Source of the DNA: Candidatus Woesearchaeota archaeon
Lineage (GTDB): Archaea > Nanobdellota > Nanobdellia > Pacearchaeales > GW2011-AR1
Direction of reading: 5' to 3'
Length of the DNA stretch: 62,875 nucleotides
NCBI GenBank assembly: GCA_964547875.1
Contig: CAZJPE010000004.1
Coordinates: 30,598 to 93,472, forward strand
Shown here: positions 38,565 through 47,021 of the stretch, one piece after another
Layout of the letters: each line of letters opens with the position of its first letter
How positions within the stretch are numbered: position 1 is the stretch's first letter
Program-made: the position numbers and the translations under genes
Notes under the pieces: generated by a model
Databases searched by the model: none
The model's input: only the letters and a program-made list of their open reading frames with translations
Told to the model about the DNA's origin: nothing

Positions 38565-40895
38565 TCAAAATAACTTGGCCTGTTTTGAATTTTGAATTAG
38601 AGAATCAAAATCTTTGTTTAATAAAGTCAGAATTTGATTTGCTATTGGCTTGATTTGTTTTTCTATATAATGTTCGTAATCTATTTTATGCTTGAGTTTT
38701 TGTATCGGCTCTGGACCATTAGTTGTTTGATAGTATTCTATTATATTGGTATCTAATCTTTCCAATTGCCTTGCTGCCTTTACATGCGGGGGTGTTGTTT
38801 TTGTGTATTCTTCTAAAGACTTACGGATTGATTTTCTGTACTTTAACTTATTGTCTAACTCACCTGATTCTATTTTTTTTACATAATCTTTTATGAAACT
38901 AGAAATTTCTTGCTTTTTGAATACTTTTTTTAATAGTTCTTTTTGGAATTCCTGCGCTGCCTCTGTCCAATCGCCCCTTATAGCTTCTAACCCTGTAATT
39001 TCAACCTGCTCTCCACTGCTTGTTTCTATTAAGCCTGCATAGCGCTTTTTCGCGGCTAATTCTTGCCCCCTTAATTTTGGAATCATCAATGAAAGATATT
39101 GCTTTTCAAATTCTAATTCTAGATATGATGTCCGATTGTAATTTTTTTTAATGTAGTCTTTATAGAAATTATTTATGTGTTCTTGAATTTTGTATCCAAG
39201 AGAATTTGCTTTTTCTTTTCCAAGATTTGTTTCTACAAAGACAGAATCTGTATCTAAATAAATTACCTTATATCCTAATTTTTCTATTTCTTTAGCTGTA
39301 AGCTTGATTATAAATTGACCGAAGTGAGTTATTGCATTTGCCATCTTTAGATTAAAAAAGCGGCAGTTTGGGCTTGCGAGAACGCCAAAAAAAGAATTCA
39401 TTATGATTTTTATCGCATAGCTCGAGAGTTCTCTTTTTTCTCGCTTTGCTTTTTCTCTTGCCTGATGCAGCTTCTCTATGATTTCCGGTAGAATACCATC
39501 TTCATTTTTAAAGTATGCTTTGTTTGGAGATTCAATTGCATTTTTTTCTTTTTTTTCCAAATAAGATGCTGGATCAATATTGAATGTTTTTATTATTGAA
39601 GGATACAGGGACTTGAAATCTAGGATTAATACGTTGTTGTAAATTCCAGGGTTTGAAGATTGAACATAACCTCCTGTGATGCGCTCTTCTTTTAAACCGA
39701 ATTTTGTTGTTGGGCAGACTAATCTTTTTTCTCTTGCCTTTCTTATGTATAGTGAATCAAAGGCGACTATTGAGCCGGTTATTCTGTCTAAAGGAAGGCC
39801 TGTTAGCTGCGCTCTTTCAACTGCCAAGTCAATTATTTTTGTTTTTTCTAGAATATTATAAACTAACTGGCAATCCATTATGTTATAATCTGCTAATTTT
39901 TGATGCGCGTCTTGAGAGTTTTTTTCGTATAATGCTTCTATCTCTTCGTGCCTGGACTTGCCCTTAATAAGCTTTCCTGAATTTAGTATAGCTTGCGAGA
40001 CATCTTCTAAAGTGTACGATTCAAATTTAGCGTGCTTTATTGTCGGAGCTTCTTGGATAAATGGATCACGGATTAAATAGAGGGCATCTAAAATCTGCCT
40101 GCCCGTAGCTTCTGCCGTTGATGTCCTAAAAAAGTCAGATTCTATCCTCAGGCGAAGAGCGTCATTATTCCTGCCTATGTCAAATGGGATTTTATTTTTA
40201 TTGAATAAAACTCTAAGATAAACTAAATCAAAACCTATTAAATTCCAGCCTATTATTATGTCGGGGTCTAACTTTAATAATTCTGACTTGAATTTTTCCA
40301 AGCAATCAGTTTCATCTTTGCAGGGCATTACATTTTTTAGTTTTTGAGAAGTTATCATAAAAACTTTCCTCTCGTTTTCTGAATAAATGCCGATGCAAAA
40401 TAGCTTTCCAGTTTTTTTGCTTGATTCGGTGTCTATTGAGGCAATTTTTAATTTTGGCTTGAATTCATTTATGGGAGAGATTTTCGGGTTTTCATAAATA
40501 CAATCAATTTTTTCAGATGAATAATAATCGCCCTCTATTTCTATTGCGCCAAGGATGTTATTGTCTATTAAGAAGCGATAATGCGGTTTGATATCTGCCT
40601 CATAAGTATTTATTTTTTTGTGAATGACTTGATGGAGCTTGTTTATTTCTGCCTGCGTGTTTGCTGATATTTTAATTACTTTCTCTTTATTGAAATTTGT
40701 GTAGTCTGTTTTTTCTATTTGATATTTTGTCAGAAGCTTATCTATTTTTCGCAAATCTTCTTCTTTTATGTAGAAATATGGCTTTATTTTGCTTAGAGTG
40801 ACAAATGACCTGTTATTTTCGAGTCTTCCATATAGCTGAATTATTGTTTCATTGTTTATTGTAATATAAGTTGGATATATTATGTAGCCTTTCAT
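38565..40895 (-). CDS. polB: Family B DNA polymerase, bacterial Pol II-like
   Basis: Exonuclease motifs IDTE, GWN...FD, YNIMD; polymerase motifs DFKSLYPSII, KIIMNSFFG, DTDS, KKRYAG, PPHVKAAR, GPEP, DYEHY. Confidence 0.95.
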   Translation of the reverse strand: MKGYIIYPTYITINNETIIQLYGRLENNRSFVTLSKIKPYFYIKEEDLRKIDKLLTKYQIEKTDYTNFNKEKVIKISANTQAEINKLHQVIHKKINTYEADIKPHYRFLIDNNILGAIEIEGDYYSSEKIDCIYENPKISPINEFKPKLKIASIDTESSKKTGKLFCIGIYSENERKVFMITSQKLKNVMPCKDETDCLEKFKSELLKLDPDIIIGWNLIGFDLVYLRVLFNKNKIPFDIGRNNDALRLRIESDFFRTSTAEATGRQILDALYLIRDPFIQEAPTIKHAKFESYTLEDVSQAILNSGKLIKGKSRHEEIEALYEKNSQDAHQKLADYNIMDCQLVYNILEKTKIIDLAVERAQLTGLPLDRITGSIVAFDSLYIRKAREKRLVCPTTKFGLKEERITGGYVQSSNPGIYNNVLILDFKSLYPSIIKTFNIDPASYLEKKEKNAIESPNKAYFKNEDGILPEIIEKLHQAREKAKREKRELSSYAIKIIMNSFFGVLASPNCRFFNLKMANAITHFGQFIIKLTAKEIEKLGYKVIYLDTDSVFVETNLGKEKANSLGYKIQEHINNFYKDYIKKNYNRTSYLELEFEKQYLSLMIPKLRGQELAAKKRYAGLIETSSGEQVEITGLEAIRGDWTEAAQEFQKELLKKVFKKQEISSFIKDYVKKIESGELDNKLKYRKSIRKSLEEYTKTTPPHVKAARQLERLDTNIIEYYQTTNGPEPIQKLKHKIDYEHYIEKQIKPIANQILTLLNKDFDSLIQNSKQAKLF

Positions 40896-40974
40896 ATTTT
40901 TATTATATTTGGTTATGTTTTATAACTATCTATTGTAGGTATACTATTACCTTAATGGTCTATGTCTAAATGTT

Positions 40975-41103
40975 TAGATATGCCAGATATTTTATCAAGT
41001 TCAATAATTTGTTATCTCTGCAGGAGTTTTTCCTTTGAGCTCTTGATGCTGTCAACAAAGTTATAAATTATTCTAAAACGCGCACTGTTCCTCGCTCTAA
41101 TAA
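40975..41103 (-). mobile_element. Degenerate C-terminal remnant of an IS6-like DDE transposase
   Basis: LERGTVR, then FRIIYNFV and QHQELKGKTPAEIT across frameshifts, matching the YNF.R.H..L.GKTPAE tail. Confidence 0.55.
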
Positions 41104-41111
41104 TTTGGGAT

Positions 41112-41720
41112 TTAAATCTCAATAATCTTGCCTTCTCTGCCTACATTTATTACTTTTGTGCTTCCTATTTTTTCTTCTATGCCTGATGTTTCATGGATAT
41201 GGCCGTGCAGCAAGAAATCTGGCTTGAATTCTTTTATTGCTTTTGTTATTGCTTCGCTTCCTTTTATTCCTGAAAGTTCAGATAGGCTTGGAGAGGGATG
41301 CATGTGCGTTACCATTATCTTCTTTTCAATGTTTTTTATTCCTGCATGGGCTTTTTTTAGGGTTTCAAATATCTCTTTTTCTGATATTCTACCAGGGCCA
41401 GGGCCTTCTGCCCCACCGGCACCGAAAAAGCCGATGTTTTCGTATTGGACAGAATAACCGTGGATGTTTTTTACTCCGTAAATACTTGCGAGAAAATCAG
41501 CTGTCGCAAATGAGTCCCAGTTGCCTGGAACTATTAGAATGCGCTTGTTTTTTTCCTTAAATGGTTTGATGATATTTTTTGTTTCTACAAATCCAGTTAT
41601 ATCACCGCATAGCACAACTAAATCTACATTTTCCTTTTCTGCTTTTTCAGCTAGTTTTTTAACTAATTTTGAATTTCCGTGGATATCTGATGCTGCAAGT
41701 ATCTTGAGCTTTTTTGCCAT
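41112..41720 (-). CDS. Metallophosphoesterase
   Basis: SDIHG, CGD, PGNWD, HGHIHE; start ATG 41720. Confidence 0.9.
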   Translation of the reverse strand: MAKKLKILAASDIHGNSKLVKKLAEKAEKENVDLVVLCGDITGFVETKNIIKPFKEKNKRILIVPGNWDSFATADFLASIYGVKNIHGYSVQYENIGFFGAGGAEGPGPGRISEKEIFETLKKAHAGIKNIEKKIMVTHMHPSPSLSELSGIKGSEAITKAIKEFKPDFLLHGHIHETSGIEEKIGSTKVINVGREGKIIEI

Positions 41721-41802
41721 ATTTTTAATTGTAAAAGGATGGTTATAAAGGTTTTTAAATTGTTTCAGTAAGAAATAAAAAGCGTGATTTGTTATTTTGA
41801 TA

Positions 41803-42357
41803 ATGGCTAAGGATATTAGCAAAAAGAGAAAGAAAAAGTTTGTTATTGTACTAATGATCGTTTTATTAATTGGCGCGGCTGTAGGAAGTGCATATTATTT
41901 TATTTTTTATTACAGGAAAAGTTTTGGCGTTCATAGTGATGGAGTGGTTGGCAGGATGGGACTTGAAAATCCTGTTGCTGGCTTAAGTTTGGAGGAAGCT
42001 GTTGCAAAGTTTGATGAGAGTTTTGTATATTACCTATTATTTAGCATTGGAGCTCATAATTTGCATAATCCTCCTTTTAGCTCTAATGAGCCAAAAATAG
42101 AGATTTTTGTTGATAGCGACATTTATAGCGCGAGAATTGTTGATGGAAGCATAAGAATTTCCAAAGGCGGAATTGAAGAGAGGGATATTGTGCTAAGGAC
42201 AACAAAGGAAGAGGCAATTAAGATGATGAATGATAAGAACGTTGTTGTCGAATCTTTTAAGAATGGGGAAAGCAAGATAGAATTGATTGCGAATAAGTTA
42301 GAATTATATTCTAAAGGATATTTAGGGCTTTATGACGAATTGAGCGGAGGGGATTAG
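41803..42357 (+). CDS. Membrane-anchored hypothetical protein (possible SCP2-like domain)
   Basis: Basic N-terminus, one TM, soluble C-domain. Confidence 0.65.
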   Translation: MAKDISKKRKKKFVIVLMIVLLIGAAVGSAYYFIFYYRKSFGVHSDGVVGRMGLENPVAGLSLEEAVAKFDESFVYYLLFSIGAHNLHNPPFSSNEPKIEIFVDSDIYSARIVDGSIRISKGGIEERDIVLRTTKEEAIKMMNDKNVVVESFKNGESKIELIANKLELYSKGYLGLYDELSGGD

Positions 42358-42374
42358 TTATATATAATTAGTTT

Positions 42375-42740
42375 CTAATCTCCATCTACAAACTTTTTTG
42401 CCCAATCTAACATTATATCATAATTATTTTCATAAAAGACAGTTTTATTTTGACTTATCATTTTTTTAAGCTCATCATCAGCCCCAGTGCTATGGCCTTT
42501 TAATCTGAAAAGCGCGTCACACTTAGATAAGATATTAAGGTCATATTTCAACCATTATTCGTAAGGCAATGGAAAAAGAAGATCCTGAAACATTGTCCAG
42601 TGCGGAGCAATGGGAATAATCAAATTTGTCTTGTATAATTTATCCCAACATTCCATAGCTCTTCTTGTATTGTATATAGGATATGCTTTAGTATATGGGC
42701 CTGCGATAAAGACTAATGGTTTGTTAAATTCGTTATTCAT
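42375..42740 (-). pseudogene. DUF4406/NDT-like protein interrupted by in-frame TAA at 42555-42557
   Basis: VFIAGPYT...PIAPH...YE*WLKYDLNILSKCDALFRLKGHSTGADDE in a single frame. Confidence 0.8.
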
Positions 42741-42901
42741 TATTTTTAGGAAAGGTAATATTCTTTTTTAAGAATTGTTGTGGTGATTCATGTTGTATTC
42801 AATGAGTGGTATTTCGCTACTAAATAAAATAACAAAGCCTTAGAAAGCTTTAAAAGCTGTAATTAAGCTTTAATATATAGTTTAGAATGTATATTTTGAA
42901 G

Positions 42902-43165
42902 ATGAAAGACAATTTCGACATATTTTTCAGGCGAAAACCAGCATTAATGCTTGTCGCGTTGAAGAGAATCAGCAGAGCGAGATATGGGAGCATTTTGGCT
43001 AAGGAAGTTGATTGCACATATAGCCATGCTGTTAAGATTTTGCAGAGCTTAGAAAAATTAGGCCTTGTAGGATTTGAGAAAAAAGGGCGCATTAAATTGA
43101 TTAAGCTGACTAAAAAAGGGACTGATATCGCAGAGAATATCGAGAATATTAAGACTAATTTGTGA
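42902..43165 (+). CDS. Winged-helix transcriptional regulator
   Basis: LAKEVDCTYSHAVKIL...GRIKLIKLTKKG. Confidence 0.9.
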   Translation: MKDNFDIFFRRKPALMLVALKRISRARYGSILAKEVDCTYSHAVKILQSLEKLGLVGFEKKGRIKLIKLTKKGTDIAENIENIKTNL

Positions 43166-43336
43166 AAATAGAATTAGATTTGGACGCAATGGCTGAAGAG
43201 CTTTTAGAATATGTTAGAAGAGGTAGAATTATTAGCGGATTAAGTATTTTTTATACATATATCTTGAAACATGATGAAATAATTGATGCAAATTTAGTTC
43301 ACGATAGTTTGAGAGATCTAGTAAAGAAAGGAATTA

Positions 43337-43705
43337 TCAAACAGATTCTAATTTATCAAGGAATTTATTGACGCCTTCAATGTGGGAGATCCTGGATTTT
43401 ATCAGTATTCCTCTTAAAGTTGAATCTAAATGAACGCCTAATTCTTGAAAGAGCGATTTTAAAAGCAGATATAACTGCTTTCCTCTTTTATCTAGGTCTG
43501 TGAGAATGCATATCTTGTCTCTTTTACTTATTTGATTGGCGATTTGCTCTGCTCTTTCTCTTAACGAAACGCCCGTTATGTGAATTGCATAGACGCTTTG
43601 AAAGCCGAGAGATTTTAGAGCATTGAGATCTTTTTTCCCTTCTACAACTATTATGTAATCCTTGAAATTTTCTATTTCTGCTTTTAGATTTTGGTTGAAT
43701 TTCAT
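43337..43705 (-). CDS. Toprim-domain protein (RNase M5/small primase-like)
   Basis: IVVEGKKD, ILTDLDKRG. Confidence 0.9.
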   Translation of the reverse strand: MKFNQNLKAEIENFKDYIIVVEGKKDLNALKSLGFQSVYAIHITGVSLRERAEQIANQISKRDKICILTDLDKRGKQLYLLLKSLFQELGVHLDSTLRGILIKSRISHIEGVNKFLDKLESV

Positions 43706-43851
43706 ATTATTAATATATCTAAGAATATACATCTTTATTAACTTTATTTTTATTACTTATAATAATCTATATTTCTTGAAGCTTAGAAAGATGGAATAGG
43801 GTTTCTGCCTCCCTGTGTAATGTAAGGGGGTGAACCACAATTAAAATAGGA

Positions 43852-43950
43852 TGGCCCCGACGGGATTTGAACCCGCGACACCTAGGTTTCTCGGCTAAAG
43901 CGATTGCGAGCTTAAGAGCCTAGTGCTCTGCCAGGCTGAGCTACGGAGCC
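43852..43950 (-). tRNA. tRNA-Lys(CTT) with 25-nt intron at 37/38 (43912-43888)
   Basis: GGCTCCG/CGGGGCC acceptor, CTAGG/CCTAG anticodon stem, TTCAAAT loop. Confidence 0.92.
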
Positions 43951-44099
43951 TTTATAATTGGAGAGTTGATTGGTTTAAAAAGTTATCAATTATTGCAATG
44001 TAAAATAGCCCAATTTAAGAATAATTATTTTTTATTATGTTTGGTTTTGGGTCGATATTACTGACGTTGATATATTAGGGGTTGTTAATCATTATAGAT

Positions 44100-44408
44100 T
44101 TACCTATAAATGCGCCAGGAATGGCCGCATTTAACGCATTTGTAGAACTTTGTTTCTGCCTCGTCCGATGCTCTTGTTTGCGATGTCCAGAAATATGCTC
44201 TTTTATTCTTGCATTTGGGGCAGTTGATTTCTATTATCGGATTTGTATTATCCTGCCCTTCTCTTATAATAGGGATGGTTTCTTTTGCTTCTAATTTTTC
44301 AGATGCCTCTATTTTTGGCTTTTTCTTCTGCTTAAAGCCGCAGTTCATGCAAACTGCTTTATTTTTCTCAACAAGAATCATGCTTCCGCATTTTGAACAA
44401 AATTCCAT
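44100..44408 (-). CDS. tfs: Transcription factor S
   Basis: Two Zn ribbons, QTRASDEAET. Confidence 0.95.
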   Translation of the reverse strand: MEFCSKCGSMILVEKNKAVCMNCGFKQKKKPKIEASEKLEAKETIPIIREGQDNTNPIIEINCPKCKNKRAYFWTSQTRASDEAETKFYKCVKCGHSWRIYR

Positions 44409-44447
44409 GTTCTGACCAAGAATACAGAGTATTTTAAATTTTTGGTT

Positions 44448-45014
44448 TTACCTGCAGAATCCTTGCTGATTAGTTGGGCGGAATGGCTCAAAGAAAATAA
44501 GCTTTATCCAACCTAATAAGGGTATTCTTAATGATGCTTTTCCTATTATTGAATTTTGTGATATGTTTCTTTCAATTTCTAATTGATTTGTGTTATGATC
44601 TCCCTTTGTTCCTATTGGATTTAATTCTATTATCCTATGTATTAAGGGGTGTTTTGCTTGAGCCGTGAAAATTATAATTTCTCCTGTTTTATAATTGTTC
44701 TTTCCTAAAACAAGGATAATGTCTCCTTTGTTCAAGCCATTTTTATAGCCTGATGATTCAAATTGTGATTTTGTGATGTTTTTTGATTCGTAAAAAGCGC
44801 TGTTTTTATCCCACCATTCTTCAAAGCTTGATTCATGGTACATTGAGCAGGATTCTATGACAACTAGTGGGAGCTGCGAGCCTGTAAGGAGAGAGATAAC
44901 TGGAAAAAATATTAGTTTAATGAAAAGTATTATTAATATTATTGACACTAGCCAAGACTGCCATGTGTCTTTTTTTAGGAAATTCCAGAATTTTTTTATT
45001 GCGTTTAGATTCAT
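44448..45014 (-). CDS. Signal peptidase I, archaeal/SEC11 type
   Basis: ESCSM, KGDI, IHRI, TKGDHN. Confidence 0.9.
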   Translation of the reverse strand: MNLNAIKKFWNFLKKDTWQSWLVSIILIILFIKLIFFPVISLLTGSQLPLVVIESCSMYHESSFEEWWDKNSAFYESKNITKSQFESSGYKNGLNKGDIILVLGKNNYKTGEIIIFTAQAKHPLIHRIIELNPIGTKGDHNTNQLEIERNISQNSIIGKASLRIPLLGWIKLIFFEPFRPTNQQGFCR

Positions 45015-45088
45015 TTTATAATTTGGAAGAGAGTGTTTTTAATTGTTGTCATCAATAGGTTTTTAAGATTAGGTTTTCTTTATTTATT

Positions 45089-45277
45089 ATGGACGAGGGT
45101 TTAGTTTTGCTGATTGTGGTTTTGCTGATTGTATTGGAAGGACTGTATATTGCTTTTTTGCCTAAAAATGCCAAGAGGATTATGATTGACATCAGCAGGA
45201 ATTTAAATGGATTAAGATTGATTGGAGTGATTGAAATAATTATCGGACTTATATTATTTGGAGTTGCTATTTTTTAG
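45089..45277 (+). CDS. Small two-TM protein (DUF2065-like)
   Basis: LIVLEGLYIAFLP...LRLIG. Confidence 0.65.
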   Translation: MDEGLVLLIVVLLIVLEGLYIAFLPKNAKRIMIDISRNLNGLRLIGVIEIIIGLILFGVAIF

Positions 45278-45280
45278 AAA

Positions 45281-45351
45281 TGCGGTCACGGGGAATTGAA
45301 CCCCGATCTTCTGCTTGGGAAGCAGAAATTCTGCCGTTTAACTATAACCGC
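45281..45351 (-). tRNA. tRNA-Gly(CCC)
   Basis: GCGGTTA/TGACCGC acceptor, TCTGC-TTCCCAA-GCAGA anticodon arm. Confidence 0.93.
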
Positions 45352-45474
45352 ATTTCAAATATATTAATGAAAGAGTTAAAAAGGTTTGTTGAAAGGAATT
45401 TTGTTAGCATTTATTAATTATCTCTAATAAGAATCTTTATAAATGAAATTTTGTTTTGATTTTAGAAAGTTTGT

Positions 45475-45548
45475 GATCGCGTAGCTCAGTCTGGCAGAGT
45501 ACTGCTCTGATAAGGCAGGGGTCCCCGGTTCAAATCCGGGCGCGATCA
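45475..45548 (+). tRNA. tRNA-Ile(GAT)
   Basis: GATCGCG/CGCGATC acceptor, CTGCT-CTGATAA-GGCAG anticodon arm. Confidence 0.95.
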
Positions 45549-45800
45549 TATTTCATAATGAAAGAGGGAGCAAGGAAAATACTTATTTTTAATGAGTATA
45601 GAGATATAATGAGAGAATTTATAAGACGGGATTTAATAGATTTGGATTATCTAAGAAAGTTTCTGCTTTAGATATTTTAGTTAAGGGAGGTATTTTGAAC
45701 AAGGTTGGGGGTTATATAAACCATCACATTTAGTCTGGAATATTTAGATTCTGTTTTGGGAATAGGTTTGGATTAGTATAATGAGAGAATAATGTTGGAT

Positions 45801-46436
45801 TTAAAATGTCTTAAATTCAACGAGAAGCTTGTCATTGGCGAGAGAGATGCTTTTCAATGGGAGATTGACAGGAAGGCTGTTAACATATACTTTTTTGCTT
45901 CCAATTGCTTTTATCTCATATCCTGATTCTAATTTTGAGATAAATATATCTTCAGGGGATTCTATTCCTGGGGTATTTAACTCGTAGACTACTTTATCAT
46001 TAAGCCTTTTTATTTTTGTTTCTGCATTAGAGCGCGGAAGTGAATTCATTCTTTCAAGCTGCTCTTTTGAAATGCTTCTTTGAAATATACTTCTTTGCTT
46101 TAAGTTATTAGATGCAGACTGACCGCCCATTCTGATTCTTATTCCATTTGGATAGCTTTTTATTTCAGTCCTTTTGGACTCTTTATCAATGTTCTTGAAC
46201 TGTTTGTCAAGACTTTTTATTAAAGTGTTCATTAGCGAGCCAAGAAATCTTTCTGTCATGCCTAGGCCGAAATTATCCTGCGTGCTTGTCAGCTCTTCGC
46301 CCTTGCCAAGCAGCCCATAATCTCTTATATGCTTTTCCTCGTCTATTTGGCTTTCTCCGCAATAAGGGCAGAAGCTAAATTTCTCATTGATTTTTGTGCG
46401 ACAATTTACGCATTTAATTTTTTTTCTGAAAATCAT
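45801..46436 (-). CDS. Zn-ribbon + Hsp20-like domain protein
   Basis: CVNC...FCPYCG; C-terminal alpha-crystallin-like region (VYELNTPGI...EIKAIG..KVY). Confidence 0.75.
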   Translation of the reverse strand: MIFRKKIKCVNCRTKINEKFSFCPYCGESQIDEEKHIRDYGLLGKGEELTSTQDNFGLGMTERFLGSLMNTLIKSLDKQFKNIDKESKRTEIKSYPNGIRIRMGGQSASNNLKQRSIFQRSISKEQLERMNSLPRSNAETKIKRLNDKVVYELNTPGIESPEDIFISKLESGYEIKAIGSKKVYVNSLPVNLPLKSISLANDKLLVEFKTF

Positions 46437-46590
46437 GCATTGTTTAGGAAAAGGGCTTTTTTAAACTTTATTGAAACTCAAAGACATTTATATATCTTGC
46501 TTTTTACCTCTTTTTCCGTCTATATTAATGGTTTATGCTGTTTATATATTTTTTGTTTGCCGATGATTATTATATACTTGGGAAGAGAAA

Positions 46591-46627
46591 TATTTATATA
46601 GTGGTGTATATACGAAATAGTATATAC
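46591..46627 (+). promoter_or_regulatory. TATA box followed by two GTATATAC palindromes (candidate operator)
   Basis: TATTTATATA at 46591-46600; GTATATAC at 46606-46613 and 46620-46627. Confidence 0.6.
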
Positions 46628-46652
46628 TAAAAGGATTTATCAATTTATCAAA

Positions 46653-47021
46653 ATGGCAGACATATTTGAACAAAAGATTTTTTGCAAGAGATGCGATGTT
46701 GAGATGAAGCCTTGCATAGTTGAAAAATCTGGAGTAGAATTAAGAGCTGTAAGATGCGATGAATGCGGGGAGAGGATTATTCGTCCTGCTGATCTGAATT
46801 GCTTGGAGCACTTCAAGAATTTAAAAGGAAAAACTTTTAATGTTAAATTGAGAATGGTTGGAAATAGTCATGCCATTAGCATACCAAAGGAGATTATTAA
46901 TTTTATGAATGAGACGCATAAGAGCATGAAAGAAGAAATGGATAGTATGGTTAAATTATGCTTTGAGGATTTTAGGAGATTAAGCCTTATATTTGGCGAC
47001 GAGGAGGAAGATGCAAAATGA
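46653..47021 (+). CDS. Zn-ribbon + AbrB-like DNA-binding protein
   Basis: CKRC...CDEC; [18 protein letters not shown]. Confidence 0.8.
   Translation: MADIFEQKIFCKRCDVEMKPCIVEKSGVELRAVRCDECGERIIRPADLNCLEHFKNLKGKTFNVKLRMVGNSHAISIPKEIINFMNETHKSMKEEMDSMVKLCFEDFRRLSLIFGDEEEDAK

Noticed and set aside
42555-42557. Stop-codon reassignment (TAA read-through)
   Set aside because: Only two in-frame TAAs, both in accessory genes; many core genes end correctly at TAA, TAG or TGA
43162-43371. 69-aa GTG-start ORF after the wHTH gene
   Set aside because: Overlaps the toprim gene end by 35 nt and has no motif; possible but unsupported
45559-45776. Short ORF after tRNA-Ile as an integrated element or receiver-domain remnant
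   Set aside because: No tRNA 3'-end duplication or integrase seen; similarity too weak
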